In this document: one piece after another, positions 12,101-24,310 of the stretch | How positions within the stretch are numbered: the stretch's first letter is position 1 | How the letters are laid out: each line of letters starts with the position of its first letter | NCBI GenBank assembly: GCA_004431415.1 | Contig: QPMI01000036.1 | Coordinates: 124,001-188,000 of the forward strand | Direction of reading: 5' to 3' | DNA from: Cyanophora paradoxa CCMP329 | Lineage: Eukaryota; Plantae; Glaucophyta | Length of the DNA: 64,000 bases | Notes under the pieces: model-generated | Databases searched by the model: none | Told to the model about the DNA's origin: nothing | What the model saw: only the letters and a program-made list of their open reading frames with translations | Made by a program: the position numbers and the translations under genes

Positions 12101-15100
12101 GACCGGGCGGGCGGCTGGCTGGCGGCGGGGCCAGGCGCCAGTGGGACTTCGAGAGCCGCGCCGCGGCGTCGGCTTCACGGCTTCGCAAGCGGCCTCGCCC
12201 TTCCAGGAGTCTCTCTAGAGCCCTCCACCCCGTACCCTCCCAACGCTCCTCGAGCTCCTTCGTATACGTACATCCATTCGCATACTGCCATGTACCATTC
12301 TCTTGATGCTCCTCTTTGATTTTGCGGCGCGGCCCCACGCCCTTCCAATGCATATATATGCATATGGCTCCTCTTCCGATCCGTACCCCCTCATCGGCCC
12401 CGCGGACACCCTCTGCCCCTTTCAAAAAAAGTTTCGCCCCTTTCGCCCCGCACACTGCTTCCTCTCGCCCCCTTTCTTGTAATTATAAAGAGGCCCCAGC
12501 CCGACTTGCAGGCCAGCGGCAGCTTCGCAAGATTGGGAAGTGGGGAAATTGCAGGATCGTCGGACCCATACGCCGTAGCCGGGAAACAACGGATGGGAGA
12601 GGAAGGGGGGCCGGGGGGCGACAGCTGCAGAAGGGGGTGGGGTACAAAGGCAGACCGAGGGGCCTGAACTGCACTGGTCTCCGGGATCTCATAGTATCCA
12701 GCTGGCCCCCGCCCTGCACTCCCAGTCCCGGCCGCCGGGCCCTGTCCGCTGCGCGCTTTTCAGAGGGCGGAGACGGTTGAGGGCGCATCATGGCATGGCT
12801 CCGCACCCCTCACTCGGTGCAGGTCGACAGCCCACTGAACCCGAGCGCCGCGGCTGTGGCTGCGGCCCGTAAAGAGGCAGCAGGCCTCGACGCGACTCTG
12901 CAACTGTACGGCGGCTCCTCCACAGCCTTTGGCGCGCGCAGAGGGCCGCTGCGCGCCGCGCCGCGCAGATCGCCCCGCCGCCGACCCGAGGCGCTGCACG
13001 GCAGCACGAGAGGGCCGCCGCCGACTCCGAACGCCTTCACGACCGTGCTCCGCTCGAAACACGATCGCTGGCGCCATCCCGCCATCCCCCGGGCTGCTGC
13101 CGGAGCGCCCTTCCGCGCCCTGGGCGAAGGAGAGGAGGGCCCTATCTGCCGCCGGCCCGCGGCCGCGCGCTGCTGTGGCGTGGAGGCTAGACTTCGGTCC
13201 TCTCATCGAAGCGCCGTCTCTGGGGCGCTTTGCGGCAACCTTCGAAGCTCCCGGGTCCGGCCGAGAGCGATCACCGCGTGGGGCGGCGACCAGCGCCAGC
13301 TGCAGCTGCAGTCCGCAAGATTCGAGACCCCGCCATGCCGCATTGCAGACCGAAGGCTTCTCCACTGTACAAGCGAGAAGCGTGGTTCGCCGCCATGGAA
13401 ACGGCGCCCCGAAGCCCGCGAGCGAGGCGAAGACCTCTTAAGCCTCTCCGGCTCGTAAAGCCCAAATTGAGCTACCGCAAAGCCCTGAGCCCTTGAAAGC
13501 CCGGTTCGAACCCGGACGATCTGGGTACGAGTTGTCACGGCCCAAGCTGCATGGGGTCTGCGCCATGGGTCGGGTCTGCCGCTGCGCTGAGCGGCGCCTG
13601 GGCCCTACGTGCGCATGTGGAACCAGGTAAGACCGCTCCGCGCGCACGAGCTAAGCCACACCCGCGTCGTGTACCGGTTGCATGCTGCCGGCTGACTGTG
13701 CGCGGGCTTGCAGAGGCTCCGGCCGTCGATACGCGCTGTGGGCAGTCCCGCTAGGTCGGAGCCCGTGCGAGCCGCGCGCCGCGGCTCCTCTGCTCTCGAT
13801 TCGGGCCCGAGTACGATTGGCGCGAAACTCACTCGGGCTCTACGGCGGTGTCTGCGTGTCCGCTGGGTCCGCCGCTGGTCGCTGCAGCACGTGGGCACTC
13901 CAAGCAAGCGTAAGAGCAGGTGAGACCGCTCCGCGCGCACGAGCTGAGCCACACTCTCCTCGTATACCCGGTCGCGTGCTGCCGGCTGACTGTGCGCGGG
14001 CGTGCAGAGGCTCCGACCGTCAATTCGCGCAGTGGACAGTCTCGGTAGGTCGGAGCCCGTGCGAGCCGCGCGCCGCGGCTCCTCTGCTCCCGATTCGGGC
14101 CCGAGTACGATTGGCGCGAAACTCACTCGGGCTCTACGGCGGTGTCTGCGTGTCCGCTGGGTCCGCCGCTGGTCGCTGCAGCACGTGGGCACTCCAAGCA
14201 AGCGTAAGAGCAGGTGAGACCGCTCCGCGCGCACGAGCTGAGCCACACTCTCCTCGTATACCCGGTCGCGTGCTGCCGGCTGACTGTGCGCGGGCGTGCA
14301 GAGGCTCCGGCCGTCGATACGCGCAGTGGACAGTCTCGGTAGGTTGGATCCCGTGCGAGCCGCGCGCCGCGGCTCCTCTGCTCTCGATTCGGGCCCGAGT
14401 ACGATTGGCGCGAAACTCACTCGGGCTCTACGGCGGTGTCTGCGTGTCCGCTGGGTCCGCCGCTGGTCGCTGCAGCACGTGGGCACTACACGCAAGCGTA
14501 AGAGGGCAGGTGAGACCGCTCCGCGGTAGCGCCAAGTCCGGCCCTCGCAGCACGCTGTCGCGCCGCAGTCACTGAGTCCAGTGGGCGCGCACCGCTGCCC
14601 GGTTGTGGGCTCGCTTTGACACGCGCCCCAGGACCGTCTGACGCGGCAGAGCAGACGCGAGACCGCGAGCCGCGCTACGGGACCGGGCGGGCGGCTGGCT
14701 GGCGGCGGGGCCAGGCGCCAGTGGGACTTCGAGAGCCGCGCCGCGGCGTCGGCTTCACGGCTTCGCAGGCGGCCTCGCCCTTCCAGGTGTCTCTCTAGAG
14801 CCCTCCACCCCGTACCCTCCCAACGCTCCTCTGCCATTGCAATGCCTCCTTCGTACATCCATCCGCATACTGCCCTGTACCCTCCTCTGGATGCTCCTCT
14901 TTTGCTGCGCGGCCCCACGCCCTTCAATGCATATGCATATCATACTATGATAGTTTGTATATGGCTCCTGCCGGGCCTCTCCGATCCGTATACGTGGGTC
15001 CCCCTCATTGGCCCTGCGGACACCCTGTGCGCGCATGCCGCAGTGCCCCATCAGGTCATGAGCACTATATATAAAGCTATAGTATACGTATCATGTACGC

Positions 15101-15463
15101 GTCATAGCTATATATAGCTATAAATAGTACTGCTACGTTTACGGTACTATGGTATACGCAGCACCGGTATACTGGCCCCTGCAGAATACTGGCCCCCGGT
15201 ACCCTGTGCGCACGTGACCGGGCACCGGCCCCAGAACTGGATCTCAGAGTTTAAATCTGATGCCAATTTTGACGACCGGAGTCACCGGACGCCTGCGCGT
15301 GCGTATATATGCCCCCCCCCCCCCCGCCCCGTCATGAGTGGACGTCGTCGCTGGGCGGTCGGACCTGCCGAGGCCTCGCCGCCACGGGCGAGGTCGAAGA
15401 GGGCGGAAGAAAGGAGGCATGCAGCCGGAGCGATGCAGCCGGAGCAATGCCGGCGGGGGCGCC

Positions 15464-17471
15464 TCAGTGGGGCGCCTCGTCGTCGCTCCAGCGGTCCTGG
15501 TCGGAGCCCTGCCGCAACTCAGGGGCGCTGGGCAGGCTCGGGGCGGGGCGGGGCGAGGGCGCACGGGGGAGCCCGGCTCGTGGGCGGGGCCCAGGCCGCC
15601 CCGCGGGGGCCCCGCCCAGACGAGCATCTGCCGGTCGGCCCCCGCACTGTACACCTCCTGCGCCGCGTCAAGGGGGCCGAGGCGGGGCGCGAGGGCCGAG
15701 GCGCACGGCGCGCGAGGGGTGCGCGACGCAGGCGCTGACGTGGCGAAAGTGGCCGCGCAGGGGCCGCCCCTCCGCCGCCCCGCTCTGCACGTCGAAGCAG
15801 CCGACGTCCGCCCCCGCCGGCCCCACCTGCGCCCCGCTCGCCGCCCGAGCCGGCCCTCGCGGGGCGGAGCGGGGCGGGGCGGGTGGGGGCGCGCCGGGTG
15901 GAAGAGGCGGCGGGAGTCGTGGGAGACGCAGAAGGCGGCACCTGCGCCCTGCGCGTTCCACGTCCCCGCGTAGTTCACCTGCCGCCCGCTCGCCGCCCCA
16001 CGCGCTTCTGCGGGGCGGGGGACGCACCAGCGCGTGCTTGACGCGACCGCGGCCCGAGCCGAGGGCCCAGAGCCGCACGCGCCCGTCCAGCCCTGCGCGC
16101 CTTGAGCGCGGGCGCAGGCGGGCCGGGGCGGGGCCGGGGGCGGGGCGGGCCGGAGGAGAGGAGGTGGAGGCCGTCCGGGGTGAAGCAGAGGGCGTTGGCC
16201 GCGCCCTCGTGCGCCCGCCCCTCCCCGCGCGCCTCCTCTGCGCCCCGTCAGCCCGCCCCTGCGCGAGGGCGCGGGGCGGGCGGGCGGCACCCTCCGCCTC
16301 CGCCTGGAAGGCCGCGTACTTCCGGGCCCGCCCCGCGCCCTCCCCGCCCCGCCCGCGCCCCGCCGAGGCCCCCCGCGCGCCCCCGCAGCGCCACGCGCCC
16401 GGCCGCGGGCAATGGAGGGCGGGCGCAGCGGGGCCGGGGCGGGGACGGGGGCGGGCGGGGCGCGGGGCGGGCCAGGCGGAGGCGTGGGGGTCGAGGGTGG
16501 CGAGGGCCCCGCGGCGCTGCGGACGTCCCAGAGGCGGACGGTGCAGTCGGCGGCGGCGCTTGCGAGCACCCGCTCGTCCCCGGGTGCCACGCCACCGCCA
16601 GCACCCGCTCCCGGTGCCCTGCCGCCCCCGCTCGCCGACCCCGGCGCGGGCCCCGGCGCCCCCCGCCGGGCGCACCGGCGAGCATGATTGTGGCGGCCCC
16701 CGCCGCGATGTCGCAGAGGCGCACGCGCGGGTCCTCCGTGGCGGCCGCCACCAGCGCGTGCGCGGCCCCGGGCGCCCCGCTCAGCGCCACCGAGTAGACC
16801 TGCGCCGCGTCGCTCGAGGCCCGGCGCGAGGGGCCGGCAGGCGCGCGCGCCTTGCCGGGCATCTTGAAGGCCGTCGCCACCTGCGGGGGGGGTCACGCCG
16901 CGGCGCGCGAGCGGCGGGGCGGGGCGGGGCGCGCCTGGAGGGCGTTCGTGTCCCACACCTTGACGTACTCGTCGAACGAGCCCGTCACGAACATCCCCGT
17001 GTCCGACGGCCACCACTGCACCCCCGTCACGCTGTACTTGTGCATCCCCGCATGCCGCCTTGCCCCGCTCCCCGTCAGCCGCCGCGCGGAGGTCGCGGGC
17101 GGCCGGCGGCGCGCTCGCACTTGTCGAGCGTGAAGAGGGGCTTCGCGCGGGGCGCCCCCCGCCCCCGCTGGGCCGCCCGCCTCCTTTCCGGGCCGTCCTC
17201 CAGGTCATAGCAGGCGACGCTCGCGTCGCCGCCGCCCGAGAGAAGGCTACGCCTGCAGGTGAGCGTTCGGCGCCGCCGGGGGAGCGGGGCGCGCGTACTA
17301 CCGCTCTTCGGCGGGGTCGATGGCGAGGCATGTGACGGGCGAGCGGTGGAACGGCTCGAGCTCGAGCGCGCTTGCTTCGAGGGACCGGCACTGCTCGCGT
17401 TGAAGGCGCTGGCGTAGCAGGCAAGCTCGATCTTCGCCGATCTCCCGCCGTGTCAGTGAGCCCAGCAGCAT
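15464..17471 (-). CDS. ERCC8: Cockayne syndrome A WD40 protein (CSA/ERCC8), multi-exon
   Basis: N-terminus [13 protein letters not shown]...[16 protein letters not shown], then [46 protein letters not shown] and C-terminal DQDRWSDDE. All are typical of CSA. Confidence 0.9.
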
Positions 17472-17770
17472 CCAGTGCTCGTCGCTTCGTGCGAACGAAA
17501 TTGTTGGGTACGTGAGCCCGAGCTGGCCGATCCTCCGCACACCCCCGAAGCCGTCCCCCGGAGCGTACGTGCGATCCTCGCAACGTACAGCACGGCTAGA
17601 GCCCAGCTGGACAAGCCCGACCGTTTCGACATAGCGCCGCGTTCGTCACCTGGACGGTTAGCAACGAACTAGGCTCGGCGTGAACTCCATCTCCCGATCA
17701 CATCCCTTGAGCAGCGCGGCAAGCGGAGCGGACTAGCCGTGCCGTCCTAGTCGTTTGGCCGGGTCATCTC

Positions 17771-20700
17771 ATGGCGGATCCCGGACCAGTCTCACCTCCA
17801 GCCTCGCGCTTCCGCAACCGCCTCGCACAGGCGCTGGCGAGCGGCGAGGACGGCGAGAAGAAGGCGGGTGCTCCTTCGAACCCTGCCGGCGAGGATGGCG
17901 GGGCACAGAACGGGGATGCGAAGCCAGAGGAGGGCCGCTTCTTCAGCATGCCCCAGCTGAAGAACCTCTTCGCGAAGTTCCGGTGAGGGCGGGCGGCCGC
18001 CGCCTCGCACGGCGCCCGCTCCGCGCTCGAGGGGGCGGGCGTGTTCAAGGAGGGCGGCAGGGCGCTCGGGGACGGGCAGGAGATCACGCGGCGCGTCTGG
18101 GAGGCACGCACATGGAACATCTTTGGCATGCAGGCGCGAGCCGCCCCGCCTCCCTGCGCCCTGCCCGCCTCTGACCCTCCCGCAGCGCGGCAAGTACTTC
18201 CAGGTGCCCCCAGCCAGCCCGCGCGCCGGCCCCGCGCGACCGCCCGTCCGACCTTGCGCAGGCGGCGGACTACGACAAGACGGAGCACGTGCGGCGGGCG
18301 CTGGGGCTGGGCTGTGCGGGGGGCTGGGGCGCGGGGCGAGGGGGCGGGGCGGGGCGCAGATCAGCTTCGGGAAGTACGTGCGGCTGATGGCGCTGCTGGT
18401 GGACAAGGGCGTCCTCCGCGCCGAGGACACCGGGCCCCGTGCGCGCCCCGCCCCGCGCCCCCGCGCCCCCCGAGGGCGAACGGCCCGCAGCCGAGGAGGG
18501 CGCCGGCATGTCCTGGCGCCAGGTCTCCGCTGCCGAGCGCATGTTCCGCAAGCTCGACAACGACGGCAACCAGTGCGCGGCGCGGGGCGGGGCGGGGCGG
18601 GGCGGGGCGGGGCGGTGAGGCGGCCGGCGGGCAGGGTGATCTCGTGCGAGGAGCTGCTGGACGAGCTGAAGAAGGTCAACCGCGACGGTCCGCCCCGCCC
18701 CCCGCCGCGGGGCTTGGGGGCCGGGGACGAGGGGGCGGGGCAGCGACGACGCGGGGGGCGACGCGGCTGCTGGCCGTCCTCGACTCGGACTCCTCCGGCG
18801 AGATCTCCTTCGGTGCCGGCCCCGCGGGCCCCCGCCGCGCCCCGCCCGCGGCCCGCCCCCCGCCTCACCCGCGGCGCCGCGCGGCAGACGAGTTCCTCGA
18901 GGGCGTCGCCCTCGGCCTCATCGCCCTCGATCCCGCCCTCCTCCCCGCCCCGCCCCCGGCCCCCGCCCCGCCCCCTCCCCGGCCCGGGCCCCGCCCCGCC
19001 CACCCCACCTCCCCTCCCCGGCCCGTGCCGAGCCCCGTGCCGAGCCCCGCGCCGCAGCCCTCGACGCCGACGGCGCACGGCGGCGCGGGCCGGCGCACCG
19101 GCCGCCCTCCCCGGGCAGTCGGGCTTCGCCGGCATGGTGCCCCTCGACGTCACGGCCGGCCGGACGGGGCGCGCGCGGGGGCGGCTCGCTGCGGGGCGGC
19201 CGGGTGCCCTCGCTGCGGGTCGCGCTGCCGGGGAGGCCCCGAGGAGGCGGCGATGCACAGCCCGCCCCCGGGCGGCGCCACCGACTCGCCCCGCCTCCTC
19301 CGCGGCCTCCCGCTCCCCTCCGCCGGCCTCCTCCCCGCACCTCCTCCGCGCAGGAGGCCCGCTCGCCGCGGGCGGCGCCCCCGCCGGCGTCGCCGCGGGA
19401 GGCGGTGGGGACGCGGACGCCGCCCTCGACGTCGCCGCTGCCGCCCCGCGCGCAGGCGACGCGCATGCCGAGCCCGCTGCGCGCCTCGGGGCGCCGCCCT
19501 CGCCGCGGGGCATCTACCCGCCGGGCCTCTCCCGCTCCGACGGCGTCTTCCGGGCCGCCGCGCGGGCACCATCCCCGAGGGCGGCCCGGAGGGGCCCCGC
19601 CGCGGCTCCGCGGGGCGCTCCCCGTCCCCCTCTCCGCCGCCCCCGCGGGGCCCCGGGGGCGCCTCGGGGGCAGCGGCTCGCCGGGGCGGGGCGGGGCGTG
19701 GAGGGCGGGGCGGGGAAGCAGGCCCTCTACCGCCTCTTCCGCCGCCTCGACGCCGACGACGACGGCGCCCTCGCCGCGGGGACCTGGCGCCCCTGGCGCC
19801 CTTCTCGCGCCTCGCGGCCCCCGCCCTCTTCGCGGCGCTGGACCGCGAGGCGGCCGGCCGCCTCACCGTCGACGTCTTCCTCGAGGCCGCGCCCCACGCC
19901 CCGCTCGACCTCCCCGCCGCCCTCGCCGCCCTCGCCCCGGCCCCGCGCCCCGCCGCCCCCGCCAGCTCCCCGGGGGCCCCCGCCGCCGGCGGGGCCCCCT
20001 CGCACGAGCTGAAGGTGAAGGCGTACAAGGCGTTCGCGGCGTTCGACGTGGACGGGTCGGGGACGATCTCGCTGGACGAGCTGGCGCGGCTGCTGCGGGC
20101 GATCGACCCGCGGGTGACGGCGCCGGAGGTGCACCGCATCTTCCTCCAGGTCGACGTCGACCGCTCGGGCCTCATCACCTTCGACGAGTTCCTCGCCGCC
20201 GCCCACGCCTCCACCCTCGACCTCGCCCGCCTCGACGTCGCCCGCCTCCCCGCCCGGCCCCCCTCCCCCGCCGCGGCCCGCCCCCGCCCGCCCCCCGCCG
20301 CCGAGTGGGAGATTGCGTACGAGGAGCTGCGGCTGGGGCGGCGCCTCGGCGAGGGCTCCTTCGGCGTCGTCTTCGAGGCCGACTGGCGGGGCACGCGCGT
20401 CGCCGTGAAGATGCTCAAGGGCGGGGCCGGGGGCGCCCCGGGGGACGGCCCCGCCGAGGAGCTCCGCCGCGAGATCGCCGTCCTCTGCGGCCAGCGCCAC
20501 CCCAACATCGCGTCCGCCCCGCCCGCCCCCGCCCCGCCCCGCCCCGCCGGGGCCGACGCCTGGCAGGCTGTTCATGGGGGCGTGCACGCGGCGGCCGCAC
20601 CTGTGCCTGGTGACGGAGTTCCTGGACGGCGGCTCCGTGTGGGACCTCGTCCACGGGCCCCGGGCCGCCCGCCGCGACGGCCGCCCAGCCGGCCTCGAGC

Positions 20701-21511
20701 CCTCCCACGCCGCCCACATCGCCCTCCAGGGTGCCTGCCCCCCGCCCCCTCCCGCCCCTCGCCCCCGCGCCTCTGACGGCGGGGGGCGGGGCCAGTGGCG
20801 CGGGGGCTCAACTACCTGCACCTCTCGCGGACGCCGATCATCCACCACGACCTGAAGCCGGACAACCTGCTGCTCGACCGCAACATGAACGTCAAGCTCT
20901 GCGACTTCGGCCTCGCCACCGTCCGCAGCTCCGCCTCCTCCCCGGCCGGCGCGCCCCGCGAGGCCGCCCACGACTCCGACTCCTACACGGGCACCCTCAA
21001 CTACATGGCCCCCGAGCAGCTCGCCTCGCCCCTCCCCTCCTCCGACGTCCGCACCGACGTGCGCCCCGCCCTCCCCGCCCGCCCCGCCCGCCCCGCCCCG
21101 CCCCGGCGACGCGCGGTGCAGATCTTCGCGCTGGGGAGCTGCATCTTCGAGATGCTGACGGGGCAGATCCCCTTCCGGGGCGCCTCGTACCGCACCGTGC
21201 GCCGCCTCGTCTGCGACGAGGGCGTGCGCCCGACCTTCCCGCCCCTCGCCGGGCCCCGCGCCTTCCCCGTGCCCCCGCAGCTCGTCCGCAACCCCGCCCC
21301 CGCCCCCGCCCCGCCCCCGCCCCGCCGGCCGCCGACGGGGGCGCAGGTCGCGCTGGTCGAGCGCTGCTGGGCTCCGCGGCCGGAGCAGCGGCCCTCGGCC
21401 GCCGAGGTCCTCCGCATCCTCGAGAACTACGCCGCCCAGGCGCCCCACTCCCCGGAGGCCCCGCCCCGCCGCCACTCCCGCGGCGGCAGCAGGGACAGCC
21501 TCCCCGAGTAG
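17771..21511 (+). CDS. Multi-EF-hand protein with C-terminal TKL (Raf/MAP3K-like) kinase
   Basis: EF-hand loops [52 protein letters not shown] and [12 protein letters not shown]. Kinase motifs [39 protein letters not shown] and GTLNYMAPE. Confidence 0.88.
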
Positions 21512-21654
21512 CCCGCCCGGACCCCGCCCGCTTATTTATTGCGCGAAATTGAATTGCAATTTGGAAACTGCTTTTTGAAATTGAAGCCTTTTTCAGAAGG
21601 GCTTTTTGGGGGGTAGAAGAGCCTTCGTTCGCAAGCACTTCGGCGGGTTGCGCG

Positions 21655-24263
21655 ATGGAGCGGCCGAAGCCCCCGAGCTCAGCCACGAACATCGTGCTTC
21701 CCGCGCCCTCGCCCCAGCCGGCGCCGAGCCCGACCCCTGCGGCGGCCGACTACGGCGTTCCCGACGGGCCGAGCGCGTCTTCGGAGTACGCCGATGGCCC
21801 CGAGATGGCGGATGATGGCGTCAGCCTGACCCTCGGCACTGGTTCGCGCTGTGTGCCGCCACACGTTCCCTGCCGCTCTCTGGTTCGTTCGCATTCTCTG
21901 CCGGCGCTTACCAGCTTTCTCGGACAGAGAGCCTGCTGTCGCTGCTGCTGGGCTCGCGCCAGCCTGCCGAAGGGCAGCCGCCGACCGACGATGGCGCGCC
22001 GCCGAAGCCGCCAGCGCAGCCCGCGCTGGACATCAGCATCGACCCCTCGGACGAGTACGAGCTCGAGGCTTACCTCGCCACGCTCACTTCTTACGACCTG
22101 GAGCGGCTCAAGCGGTCCGCGCGCCGCGCTTAGCTACCGCGTCAGTCCGACCCGAACCTGCAGGGAGCCCGAGCGGCTCAGCGACGAGGCGAAGCGCCTC
22201 AAGCTGGAAATGGAAGAGCTCGCTTTCAAGAACTACCGCACTGTCATCCAGAGCGCTCAGTGCATCACAGATGTCTCGCGGCAGGTGCGGCTCGAGCCGC
22301 CGCCCCATCGTGCCGCGGTTCCGCGGCGGGCGCCGCCTCGTCCGCGCGTGGCGCGCGTTGAATGATCCCTTTCGGGCGGGGCGGCGTCCTTTTCTGCGGG
22401 CAGGTGGTGGAGATGCAGGGGTCGGTGGACGGGCTGCTGCAGCACGGGCCGCAGCTCGCGGTGGCGCTCGAGCAGTTCGGGGAGAGCGCGAAGCAGATCA
22501 ACGAGGAGCGGCGCCTGAACCGCATCACCCTCAACCACCACACCCAGCTCCTCGACCTCGTGCGCTCCGCCGGCCCCGCCCCCGCCGGCGCGCGCCGAGC
22601 CGGGCGGCGCAGCTCGAGGTGCCCCAGCTGATGAACACCTGCGTCCGCAACGAGCACTACGAGGAGGCCCTCGACCTCCAGGCCCGCCCCGCCCGCCCCG
22701 CCCCGCCGGGCCCCGCTGACCCCGGCGCGCAGGCGTTCGCGGTGAAGCTACGGGCGATGCACCCGGACATCCCCGTGGTGCACCGGCTGGTGGCGGAGGT
22801 GAAGCAGTACGCCGAGGACATGCTGGAGCAGCTGCTCGCGCTGCTGCGGACGAACATCCAGCTGCCCCTCTGCCTGCGCGTCATCGGCTACCTGCGCCGC
22901 CTCGGCTTCCTGCGCGAGCAGGAGCTCCGCCTGCACTTCCTCCGCTGCCGCGACGCCTGGCTCCAGTCCCTCCTCGCCGACATCCCCACCACGCCGCCCT
23001 ACTCCTACGTCCGCCCGCCCCGCCCCCGCCCCTGCCCCGCCGCCGCCGACGCGCCGCAGCTCATCAAGACGACGGACTGCGTGCGCGTGCACCTCTACGA
23101 CATCGTCACGCACTACCGGCGCGCGAGGGCCCGGGGCGGGGGGCGCGGGGGGCGGGGCGCTGAGGCGGGCGCAGGGCGATCTTCTTCGACGACACGAGCG
23201 CGCAGGAGGAGGCGACGACGCGCGACGGCGGCCTCCTCTACGCCTGGGTCACCCACAAGCTCCTCGCCTTCACCCGCACCCTCGAGGCGACGCTCCCGCT
23301 CGTCACCGACGGCGCCTCGCTCGCGAACGTGCTGGAGCAGTGCATGTACTGCGGCATGTCCCTCGGGCGCGTCGGCGTGGACTTCCGGGGCCTGCTGGGG
23401 CCCCCCTTCGAGAAGCAGGTCTACGCGCTCTTCTCCTCCAACCTGCGCGCCGCCGTCGCCCGCTTCTCCGACGCCCTTCACGCCCACAAGTGGCTCGCCC
23501 CGCCCCCGTCCCTCGCCCCCGCCTCGGCCACCGCCCCCGCCCGTGCGCCCCCGGCCCGGCCCCGCCCCGCCTCGCCCCGCCCGACCGCGCGCCGCCTGAC
23601 GCCGGCGCAGAGGGGACGGAGGCGTACACGCCGCCGGCGCAGCTGCTGGACCACGCGCCGCTCGCCGTCGCGGCCAACGGCTTCCTCGCCGCCCTCAACG
23701 AGCTCCGCCTCTGCGCGCCCGTCTCGCTCGCCCCGGCCGCCGCGGCGGCCCTCTCGCAGGCCCTCTCCTCGCTGGTGGCGCAGCTCGCGCTGCTGCGCAC
23801 GGAGCGGCACTTCAGCGAGCGCGAGGAGGGGCTCTTCGGGGCCCTCGCCAAGTGCTGCGGCGAGGCGCTGCTGCCGTACGTCGCCCGCTGCTTCGACGCC
23901 GTCTTCCACGCCGACGCGCCCCTCGTCAACCTCGGGCCCCTCTTCTCCGCCCTCGCCCCCCTCTCCGCCTCCGCCCCCGCCCCCCGCCCCGCCTCCTCCC
24001 CGTCGCCCCCGCCCGCCACCGCCGCCCCCGCCCCCCGCTCCGCCTCCTTCTCCGTGCCGGCCCCCTCGCCCCCCTCCAGCGTCTCCTCCGCCTCGGCGCC
24101 CCTCTCCTCCTCCGGCCTCGCCCCCGCCAGCTCCGCGCCCCTCCCCAGCGCCTCCCCCGCCGCGTCGCCCCCCACGTCCGTCTCGGGGCCCGCCGCCTCT
24201 GCCGCCCGCCCCGCCTCCGACGCCACCGCCCCCCTCGCCCACGCGGCGCCCAGCCCTCGCTAG
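21655..24263 (+). CDS. COG8: Conserved oligomeric Golgi complex subunit 8
   Basis: The spliced product contains [84 protein letters not shown] and LAALNELRLCAP. It ends in a Pro/Ser/Ala-rich tail. Confidence 0.93.
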
Positions 24264-24310
24264 CCGATGTCCAACTGCAGCACGGTTCCAGTTGCGGACA
24301 GAGCGGCGCG

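Larger units (their letters stand above)
1510..15050. repeat. Higher-order tandem array of ~6 units (2.1-2.6 kb) with diverged flanking copies
   Basis: The anchor atggggtctgcgccatggg recurs at ~1674 (diverged), 3973, 6208, 8823, 11414 and 13551 (spacings 2299, 2235, 2615, 2591, 2137). Inner units are near-identical. 1510-1680 and 14830-15050 are degenerate versions of unit modules. Confidence 0.97.

Noticed and set aside
1746-14525. CRISPR array, rDNA/5S array, or spliced-leader/snRNA gene array
   Set aside because: There are no unique spacers, no rRNA or snRNA motifs, and no Sm site placed after the donor. The context is eukaryotic with no cas genes.
1493-14927. Long minus-strand ORFs (322-440 aa) with a 98-aa repeat running through the 294-bp subrepeats
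   Set aside because: Variants between copies are mostly non-synonymous or frameshifting, and the composition is Arg-rich GC noise. No sign of coding constraint.
1610-15290. Terminal inverted repeats bounding the array (ccggtcgtgacgatttgg versus ccaattttgacgaccgg)
   Set aside because: Only a short gapped match with no TSD, and unit homology continues to the left of the putative end.
17984-17986. In-frame TGA between two same-frame ORFs (KFR*GRAA..), suggesting selenocysteine or readthrough
   Set aside because: A phase-2 GT-AG intron (17983-18060) removes it and gives a sensible EF-hand-like helix ([14 protein letters not shown]).
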